A stretch of 64,000 nt of DNA from Candidatus Curtissbacteria bacterium. Its GTDB lineage: Bacteria; Patescibacteriota; Microgenomatia; Curtissbacterales; GWA2-41-24. The stretch is from NCBI GenBank assembly GCA_016198325.1, contig JACQIV010000015.1, positions 1,423-65,422 on the forward strand. The letters run 5' to 3'. Positions 58,561-64,000 of the stretch are shown piece by piece. The notes beneath the pieces were generated by a model. It saw only the letters and a program-made list of their open reading frames with translations. It made no database searches and was not told the origin of the DNA. Position numbers and translations under genes: made by a program. Position 1 is the stretch's first letter; each line of letters starts with the position of its first letter.

Positions 58561-60013
58561 CATTGGAGGATTTTTGAGCCAAAGCGATCACGTTTTGGCT
58601 GATACAATAGGCTGTCTGTGCGGTTCTAAAATTTGCACCATCAAAAGGCAACCTTTGGGGAAATAGGAAATTTTGGAACCTTTTTTTGATGTCAATGTCT
58701 ATCCGTGACCACACACCGCTTATGTCTTCGAGAAGCGATAGACTATGCTCCGAAACTTTCATTACATCATCTAGGGTTGACTGCTGAGTGTGAAGTTTCA
58801 GTTCAAGTTCCACAATTTTCTGCTCGTTTTCTGTAGTCATTTCTTTTGCGAGTTGGTCACTGATAACATTCCTTAAATTCTTTCCAACTATTTCTTTATT
58901 TAGAATTTTCAGCTTTGATATTTCACTTTCAATTTCATCAACCCTTTTTTGATTATTTTTATTCCTGTCTTCCCAATTCACCTCAATAGCCTTTAACATC
59001 AGCTCTTTTAATTCATCTTTATAATGATAATTACGCAAGTAATTGGTAAACTTGGTTTCCAAACCTTCGTCACCATCTTTGTTGTAGTTAATTTTTTTGC
59101 AGCGTTTGCAGCGATAATAAGCGTATTTACCACCATTCCCTGTTGACCAGCTTGCCGTAAGTCCATCATTACAGGTAGTGTGGACTATGAAGTTTCTAAG
59201 TGGAAAGTCTGGATTGTTAACTCTATAAATTGGAATTTTCTTAGCTTTTCTATCTAGCTTATCTAGAACTCTTAAAAATAACTCTGGTTCCACAATGGGT
59301 TTAAAATCACCAATTACACTCAAGCCGAACTTTTCAATAACGCCCATATACGTTTTATTTCTTAACATCCTGTTAAACTGACTTTTACTGATTGTTAATC
59401 CCCTGTTGGCTATTTCTTTTCTAGCTTCCTCCTGTGTATATCCAGTATCAATTAATTCCCAAATTAGATGAATTTTTTTAACTAATTCAGGCTTATCTAG
59501 GGCAAGATTAGACTTTCCTTTACCACCTGTGTTCACATAGCCCTTAGGAGCCTTCCAGACGTATCTACCAGCCTTCATAGCAGCTATCATCCCATTTTGG
59601 CTCCTTTCTGTCCTTATGTCGTTGTCGAATTGTGCAAAACCTGCAAGCTGGTTTTCTATCAATCTACCTACAGAAGTATCCTCAAGATTTTCGGTAGCAG
59701 ATATTAGCCTCACGTTATATTTGTTAAAAAACATCTTGAGTGAGGCATGGTCTAAAGTATTTCTTGCAAGCCTGTCAACTTTGTAAACAATTACTCCAAA
59801 TATGTCTTTATTCTTTGCTACATATTCAAGCAGAAACTTGAGTTCAGTCCTATCCGCCGTTTTGGCGCTTTCACCCTTCTCTGTAAAAACCTCAACAACG
59901 TCATAACCATTGTCTATTGCGTAACGTCTGCACATATCTAGTTGTGTTTCCAAGCTACTGCCTTCTACCTGTTCTTTGCTTGAAACTCTCAGGTACAAAA
60001 TTACTTTATTCAT
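58499..60013 (-). CDS. large serine recombinase (resolvase domain + recombinase domain + zinc ribbon + coiled coil)
   Basis: N-terminal …ILYLRVSSKEQ…VIVYKVDRLARN… (catalytic Ser), Cys cluster YYRCKRCKK, 504 aa; last ~20 codons (…EGFEPPTNRLERECSIR) are antisense tRNA-Arg. Confidence 0.85.
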   Translation of the reverse strand: MNKVILYLRVSSKEQVEGSSLETQLDMCRRYAIDNGYDVVEVFTEKGESAKTADRTELKFLLEYVAKNKDIFGVIVYKVDRLARNTLDHASLKMFFNKYNVRLISATENLEDTSVGRLIENQLAGFAQFDNDIRTERSQNGMIAAMKAGRYVWKAPKGYVNTGGKGKSNLALDKPELVKKIHLIWELIDTGYTQEEARKEIANRGLTISKSQFNRMLRNKTYMGVIEKFGLSVIGDFKPIVEPELFLRVLDKLDRKAKKIPIYRVNNPDFPLRNFIVHTTCNDGLTASWSTGNGGKYAYYRCKRCKKINYNKDGDEGLETKFTNYLRNYHYKDELKELMLKAIEVNWEDRNKNNQKRVDEIESEISKLKILNKEIVGKNLRNVISDQLAKEMTTENEQKIVELELKLHTQQSTLDDVMKVSEHSLSLLEDISGVWSRIDIDIKKRFQNFLFPQRLPFDGANFRTAQTAYCISQNVIALAQKSSNVPAEGFEPPTNRLERECSIR

Positions 60014-60173
60014 GATTGTTTTGGTTACCTTTTGTCTTCTTAATGTAAATATCTATCAATAGATTGGAGAGGTAATTTATTTCTTTTACCATTTGATCCT
60101 CATGCTCTGGATTTAATTTTAGAGCCTTAAGTTCTTTTTTCAGTTTTGCTTTTAGTTCTTCGTTTTCTATCAT
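60008..60173 (-). CDS. small helical ORF (55 aa) translationally coupled to the recombinase gene
   Basis: MIENEELKAKLKKELKALKLNPEHEDQMVKEINYLSNLLIDIYIKKTKGNQNNHE; its stop overlaps the recombinase ATG (…CATGAATAA…). Confidence 0.3.
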
Positions 60174-60203
60174 GGCTAAGTCGGCAAATACCGAGCCTTA
60201 GCC
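60174..60203. other. 30-nt hairpin GGCTAAG-TCGG-caaata-CCGA-gc-CTTAGCC
   Basis: 7+4-bp stem read directly, immediately 5' of the small ORF start on the minus strand; CCTTAGCC recurs at 60243. Confidence 0.35.
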
Positions 60204-60269
60204 CAAGTGCTTCTTGATACTAAAAGCGGTTATTAACTCCCACCTTAGCCTGCAATTTCTGTTGCTCAG

Positions 60270-61070
60270 CTAAAGTTTGAATGCTTGTTCCGTGTTTAAA
60301 TTTACAATTTTTCCGTTTCTTTTAACCAAGCTAACATCTTGAAAATCGCTCTTTTGAATCACTTTTATCAAATCTTCAGCCGATATTGGTTTTTCGTTTC
60401 CCATAGTTCTTCCAGCATGTAAATGAGAAATGTCGCCGTCTTTTTTCTTGATTCTAACGGAATTAAAGTCTTTATCTCTTAAAAGTTTGATAACTTGCTT
60501 CTCTTTTACCGAAATAGCCGATTGTAGAAATAAAGACGCAAAGGTTTTCTTAGGGGTAGCGAGCATACCATCTCTTTTTATTGACACTTTACTTACAAAT
60601 TTATTAAGTGTTGTGTGAATGTAAGTATCTTTGTCTGATCCATATAATAGGTAGTTAATAGGGTCACAAAATAGAACTCCACCATTAGGTAGAAACAAAA
60701 TCGTGATCTCAATACGAGCCATAGCAACCCCGATAGCCATATCGGATGCGTACTGATCTTCAAAGAAAAACTTCCAAAGAGGCTTTAATTGAGAGTGCTG
60801 GACACCAAATTTTTTAAGTTCATCTACCAATAGGAGATAAACTAATTCCTTGTAACTAAACTTTCGCCAACCTTCTTTTTGTTTTCTGCCATCATTAAGC
60901 AATTTGTCTTTGCTTAAAACATTTACTTGCCGATAAGTTAGTGTCGTGTCAGCAACCCTAAATCTCTTTTTATTTATAAAATCTGTGAGGTGGTGTTTCT
61001 CGTTATACTTGAAGAATTCCAAGTCGAGAAGTTCAGTCGTAAGAAGCATATATTGAACACTACTGTTCAA
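60270..61070 (-). CDS. hypothetical protein with N-terminal MerR-type HTH-like segment and unknown ~170-aa C-terminal domain
   Basis: …FRVADTTLTYRQVNVLSKDKLLNDGRKQKEGWRKFSYKELVYLLLVDELKKFGVQHSQL… matches the MerR/excisionase HTH pattern (T-x-R-x-L-x-Y-x-x-x-G-L-L…G-x-R-x-Y-S-x-x-E-L). Confidence 0.4.
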   Translation of the reverse strand: MNSSVQYMLLTTELLDLEFFKYNEKHHLTDFINKKRFRVADTTLTYRQVNVLSKDKLLNDGRKQKEGWRKFSYKELVYLLLVDELKKFGVQHSQLKPLWKFFFEDQYASDMAIGVAMARIEITILFLPNGGVLFCDPINYLLYGSDKDTYIHTTLNKFVSKVSIKRDGMLATPKKTFASLFLQSAISVKEKQVIKLLRDKDFNSVRIKKKDGDISHLHAGRTMGNEKPISAEDLIKVIQKSDFQDVSLVKRNGKIVNLNTEQAFKL

Positions 61071-61152
61071 TTTAAGTATAACTGATAAATTTTTTTAGTC
61101 AAGACCTGTTTCAAGCATAAGCAATTAAGTTTTGTTAATGATTTTGTAGAAA

Positions 61153-61842
61153 CTATTTGTGAACCCAAAAATCGTACTCTCCGCCACCAGCAAGTGTTTG
61201 CTTATAAGTTACTACATGGGTGTGTTCCTCATCTCCCATATCGTTATTTTCCCTGTAACCTGCAGCTATATCCTCTTCTAGGTTGTATTTTTTCTTTAGA
61301 CTATTAAGGTAGAAATCTCTCTTTGCTAGCACTTCAGGAAACATAAATAACACTTCGGGCTTTCTTTGATCTTTATTTATATAGTCACTTTGCAGATAGC
61401 CAATAAGTAGTGGTGATCTAAGAAATCCCTGTTTCTTTCTATAAAGTACAAAGTTTACTAATTTACCATTGTTTGTTACTCCTAATTCCAAATTTATTAA
61501 ATCATTCGACGCATGATCTGTGTGAAAGAAATAACTTCTTTCTTCACGTTCTACATGAATTAGGTTTTGGTTGTCTAAAAAAGTAAGCCAGCAAGACGAA
61601 GCGGATTCCAACTTCTCTATATACTTCATCACTTTTCCTTTCTGTTTTGGATTAAGATCTTCGTATTCAAGGTTTTTTTCTGGTTCTATTTCGCAAAGCT
61701 CCAATATCATTTTTGGGATTTTTTGATTTGTTCCCCTAAGCGATGCCAAGATTCTGAGTGAAGGAGAAGCAGATCGCATCGCCCATGTACGAGCTAGATA
61801 AATGATAAATAGGGATAAAAAGATCAGCTGAAAATAGTTCAT
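61153..61842 (-). CDS. hypothetical protein with N-terminal signal/TM anchor
   Basis: MNYFQLIFLSLFIIYLARTWA… then soluble 200-aa region; no known motif. Confidence 0.35.
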   Translation of the reverse strand: MNYFQLIFLSLFIIYLARTWAMRSASPSLRILASLRGTNQKIPKMILELCEIEPEKNLEYEDLNPKQKGKVMKYIEKLESASSCWLTFLDNQNLIHVEREERSYFFHTDHASNDLINLELGVTNNGKLVNFVLYRKKQGFLRSPLLIGYLQSDYINKDQRKPEVLFMFPEVLAKRDFYLNSLKKKYNLEEDIAAGYRENNDMGDEEHTHVVTYKQTLAGGGEYDFWVHK

Positions 61843-61852
61843 TTAATTTGCA

Positions 61853-62443
61853 TTACCTGCACATACTTCCCACAGGAATTCCACCATTATCTCTGCATTG
61901 CCTGCGTAAATCTGACTCTAAACTTCTTTGCTCTTCTTCGAACTTGTCCTGTTGTCTTTCAAGTTCTTCTATGGCATCTTGTTGTTTTTTAACTGAAGAC
62001 CCCAATTTGCCCGTATCGATGACTGGTGAGTTCGGTTCGTAAGTGTAGTTATAATCTGGTTGACCTTCCTCTGCCATAATTTTTTGAACCAGCGCTTCTT
62101 TTTCAGCCATTTTTGCAGGGTCAGAGTCATATCTTAGCGCCACCAATTTTATTAACTCGGAATCTGTCATGCTTTCATTGCCATATTCTTTTTTTGATTC
62201 CTTTTTTGCATTCTCGCTTCCTCTAACAACTAAAAATGAGGCAATTTTAAGTGCTTTTTCTGTAGGTTGAGGAGACACAGAAGGTTCTACAGTTAACTGT
62301 TGTATAGGTTCAGCGGTTTTGGCTATATTCGCATCTGAAATTAAAGACGATGATATGTATATAGCTATAATGGCTATAACTCCGAGAGCCAGAATAACTT
62401 GTTTTTTAACTAGCCAGTTAGTATTTTCGTGTTTCATCTTCAT
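61853..62443 (-). CDS. hypothetical membrane-anchored coiled-coil protein with C-terminal Cys pair
   Basis: TM helix VILALGVIAIIAIYISSSLI, charged helical region, …CRDNGGIPVGSMCR end; first gene of the leftward cargo operon. Confidence 0.35.
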   Translation of the reverse strand: MKMKHENTNWLVKKQVILALGVIAIIAIYISSSLISDANIAKTAEPIQQLTVEPSVSPQPTEKALKIASFLVVRGSENAKKESKKEYGNESMTDSELIKLVALRYDSDPAKMAEKEALVQKIMAEEGQPDYNYTYEPNSPVIDTGKLGSSVKKQQDAIEELERQQDKFEEEQRSLESDLRRQCRDNGGIPVGSMCR

Positions 62444-62475
62444 ATTTTTGGGCGAGGATAAGTAAAGAGGATCGC

Positions 62476-62504
62476 ATTATAGGTCATAGTGTGCCTAAAT
62501 GCAA
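62476..62504 (-). promoter_or_regulatory. consensus sigma70 promoter (minus strand TTGCAT-17-TATAAT) driving the cargo operon
   Basis: -35 = 62499..62504, -10 = 62476..62481 (reverse complement); about 32 nt upstream of the ATG at 62443. Confidence 0.5.
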
Positions 62505-62511
62505 GGGATAA

Positions 62512-62529
62512 TTTGGCACGGATGCCAAA
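62512..62529. promoter_or_regulatory. operator O1: palindrome TTTGGCA-cgga-TGCCAAA
   Basis: Perfect 7-4-7 inverted repeat, 8 bp upstream of the cargo promoter -35 and containing the putative -35 (TTGGCA) of the XRE gene. Confidence 0.5.
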
Positions 62530-62545
62530 GACATTTTAGCTCCAA

Positions 62546-62563
62546 TTTGGCATAAATGCCAAT
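62546..62563. promoter_or_regulatory. operator O2: TTTGGCA-taaa-TGCCAAT overlapping the XRE start codon
   Basis: Second copy of the same inverted repeat 34 bp downstream of O1. Confidence 0.5.
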
Positions 62564-62792
62564 GATGGCAGTAAAAGTCAACGAAAGCGCTTTAAAACGG
62601 CAATTTGGAGCTAAACTGAGGCAGCTAAGACTGGATAAAAGGCTTTCTCAGGAGGAGGTGGCGCTAGAGGCTGGTTTAGACCTTACAACGATAAACGAGA
62701 TTGAAATGGGAAGCAGGAACCCATCATTGGTGACAATTGCAAAAATCGCAAGAGCGCTGAACAAGGACTTATCTGTACTGCTCACGTTCTAG
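62556..62792 (+). CDS. XRE-family helix-turn-helix transcriptional regulator
   Basis: …LRQLRLDKRLSQEEVALEAGLDLTTINEIEMGSRNPSLVTIAKIARALN… classic HTH_XRE. Confidence 0.75.
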   Translation: MPMMAVKVNESALKRQFGAKLRQLRLDKRLSQEEVALEAGLDLTTINEIEMGSRNPSLVTIAKIARALNKDLSVLLTF

Positions 62793-62990
62793 ACGAATTG
62801 GCAGACAGATAACAACATTGTTTGGATGTTCAAGTTCGCTAAGTGCCTCAAATTCTTCTCTGGTCATTCTCTCATCTCCAACATAATAGTTATCTTCATC
62901 ATCGTAAAAGACTGGACTGGCTATCTTTTTGCCGATACTTAATTTGTTCAACTTTTTATCTATTTGGTCTAATCTAGCTGACACATTCAT
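62769..62990 (-). CDS. hypothetical small protein (73 aa)
   Basis: ORF converging on and overlapping the XRE 3' end; no motif. Confidence 0.3.
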   Translation of the reverse strand: MNVSARLDQIDKKLNKLSIGKKIASPVFYDDEDNYYVGDERMTREEFEALSELEHPNNVVICLPIRLEREQYR

Positions 62991-63355
62991 TAATTGGCTT
63001 CGGGTGTACCTAATTTTTTCTCAATTTCGTTGAGCCTAGTAATAATTTCCGATTGTTCATGTGCTTTCATTAACGCGTTGCAGCCAATAAATATAGAGTT
63101 TGAGTAATTAGGGTGTATGTTTCCAGCACGTAAATGGTTAAGTGTTTCTTCTATAACTATAATAACGTCACGTGGGCTTCTTATTGCTCTTTGCGGTAAG
63201 GATAAATTGTTTTTTCTAGAATTAAGTCCACCGTTTCTAACAGCTACCGCTAAGTCTTCCTTAGACTCCGGATTGTGAAAGAAACAATAATTCTTACCTA
63301 TTAATGCTCTAGCCTTACAAACGTCGCCATTTTCTCTAATAAACTTACAGCCCAT
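62990..63355 (-). CDS. hypothetical protein with N-terminal Cys/His cluster (C-x10-C…C-x2-H)
   Basis: MGCKFIRENGDVCKARALIGKNYCFFH…; possible small zinc-binding protein; a TATAAT-like -10 lies at 63364..63369 (minus). Confidence 0.35.
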   Translation of the reverse strand: MGCKFIRENGDVCKARALIGKNYCFFHNPESKEDLAVAVRNGGLNSRKNNLSLPQRAIRSPRDVIIVIEETLNHLRAGNIHPNYSNSIFIGCNALMKAHEQSEIITRLNEIEKKLGTPEAN

Positions 63356-63486
63356 ACAGCCTAATTATACTAGCTACAGTAATATGCGAGGCATACAGAT
63401 TATTAAAACTAATGATTTATGCTGTTAGTCAAAAAGGGGAGCTATCAAAAAAACGTCATCTAAATGATGAGTACTAGTATGACCTC

Positions 63487-63582
63487 TTATGATAGGGTTA
63501 ATCAGACTCAATGTCGGTTGACAAATATGACTAAATATGATAGGGTTTGCCTTGTCAATGGGGTGTTGACAATTATGTCAAA
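63487..63582. repeat. two 48-bp tandem units (iterons) each containing TATGATAGGGTT and GTTGACAA(A/T)TATG(A/T)C
   Basis: Exact 12-mer repeated at 63488 and 63536; near-identical 15-mer at 63517 and 63565; inverted TTGTCAA at 63553. Confidence 0.5.
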
Positions 63583-63676
63583 CAATGACGAAAATGAATA
63601 TATGCCCCGCGTCTGCCACCTCATTAAAGTACAAATTAGCAGTTTAAAATTTACAACCTTAAGTTAGGCTAGCTAG

Positions 63677-63768
63677 CGGAGGGAGAGGGAATTGAACCCT
63701 CGAATCCCGATCAAGAGAAAATCCGTTTTTCAGACAGACGCAACTTAACCAACAGTTGCCACCCCTCC
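63677..63768 (-). tRNA. type-II (long variable arm) tRNA, Ser-like (G73 discriminator), anticodon GAA by manual fold
   Basis: 5'-GGAGGGG TG GCAA…TTGC G TCTGT CTGAAAA ACGGA [20-nt V-arm] GAGGG TTCAATT CCCTC TCCCTCC G; 92 nt; no CCA. Confidence 0.6.
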
Positions 63769-63827
63769 TTAGCTAACCTAGCTTAGAGCTGTAAATTAGG
63801 GAAACCTACCTTACTCAACTACTGCTC

Positions 63828-63953
63828 CTATCCTATTGGGTTAGGATAAGGAACAAAAAGTCCATTCGGACTTTGAACAAAACTTTGACCCATGAATCTC
63901 ACGATTCTGGGTCTTTTTTTGACCTTTTTGAGGTCTTTCTTTTTGGCCTTCAT
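63828..63953 (-). CDS. small Lys-rich ORF (41 aa) with strong RBS
   Basis: AGGAGGA 7 nt upstream of ATG; MKAKKKDLKKVKKRPRIVRFMGQSFVQSPNGLFVPYPNPIG; upstream of and co-oriented with the type-II tRNA. Confidence 0.3.
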   Translation of the reverse strand: MKAKKKDLKKVKKRPRIVRFMGQSFVQSPNGLFVPYPNPIG

Positions 63954-64000
63954 GGAGAAATCCTCCTTTCTCGATCGGTTCTTTGAACCGCCGACTCGAA

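Larger units (their letters stand above)
58561..63676. mobile_element. putative ~5.1-kb integrated mobile element between tRNA-Arg and a type-II tRNA
   Basis: Recombinase abutting/overlapping the tRNA 3' end, all-hypothetical cargo, XRE switch region, terminal iterons; right boundary not defined by an identified att repeat. Confidence 0.45.

Noticed and set aside
63691-63710. 9-mer TCGAATCCC shared between the tRNA-Arg 3' end and the antisense of the type-II tRNA, considered as a possible attL/attR direct repeat
   Set aside because: The match is short and comes from generic T-arm or variable-arm sequence common to tRNAs. It is not an extended copy of the tRNA-Arg 3' end.

Overview
This 64-kb window comes from an AT-rich, tightly packed bacterial chromosome. 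Overlapping start/stop codons, a transketolase split into two genes, a short UvrC and many small hypothetical proteins are consistent with a reduced-genome, CPR/Patescibacteria-like organism. This placement is an inference; no database search was possible. All calls rest on motif recognition by eye in the supplied ORF translations and on manual folding of tRNAs. Operon content, in order: lemA-prs-pyrF-pyrE-pyrD-(cupin-like)-htpX, gatCAB, dnaE, rplS-rnhB-yraN, then a minus-strand carbon module (2-hydroxyacid dehydrogenase, PfkB kinase, LOG, rpe, RNase-J-like beta-CASP hydrolase, glutaredoxin-like protein, FAD-linked oxidase, split transketolase, MOFRL glycerate kinase). Next come a DsbB/DsbA pair, tRNA-Glu, tRNA-Lys, a CvpA-CAP fusion, a dinB operon, rhomboid, xseAB, a holA-like gene, ppsA-eno-gpmI, rsmI and dedA-mntH. 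After that lies an SOS/nucleotide-excision-repair supercluster: lexA divergent from a FabH/KAS-III-like gene, then uvrB, uvrA, a transglutaminase-like membrane protein, a short uvrC and a holin-family membrane protein. The window ends with yvcK-secG, a substrate-binding protein and a tRNA-His/Gly/Arg cluster. The most interesting region is 58.5-63.8 kb. A large serine recombinase gene runs antisense into tRNA-Arg. It is followed by a roughly 5-kb block of hypothetical cargo genes (a MerR-HTH-like protein and two membrane/secreted proteins). The cargo operon has a sigma70 promoter beside duplicated palindromic operators, and an XRE regulator is transcribed divergently. At the far end are 48-bp tandem iterons and a type-II (Ser-like) tRNA whose anticodon reads GAA by my folding. 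Other observations: a 16-nt motif shared by the lexA and dinB-operon promoters (candidate SOS box), a 0.47-kb single-gene insert flanked by a 15-nt repeat of the tRNA-Lys 3' end, and a GC-rich Pro/Ala-rich mini-ORF island. No CRISPR array and no rRNA were seen.
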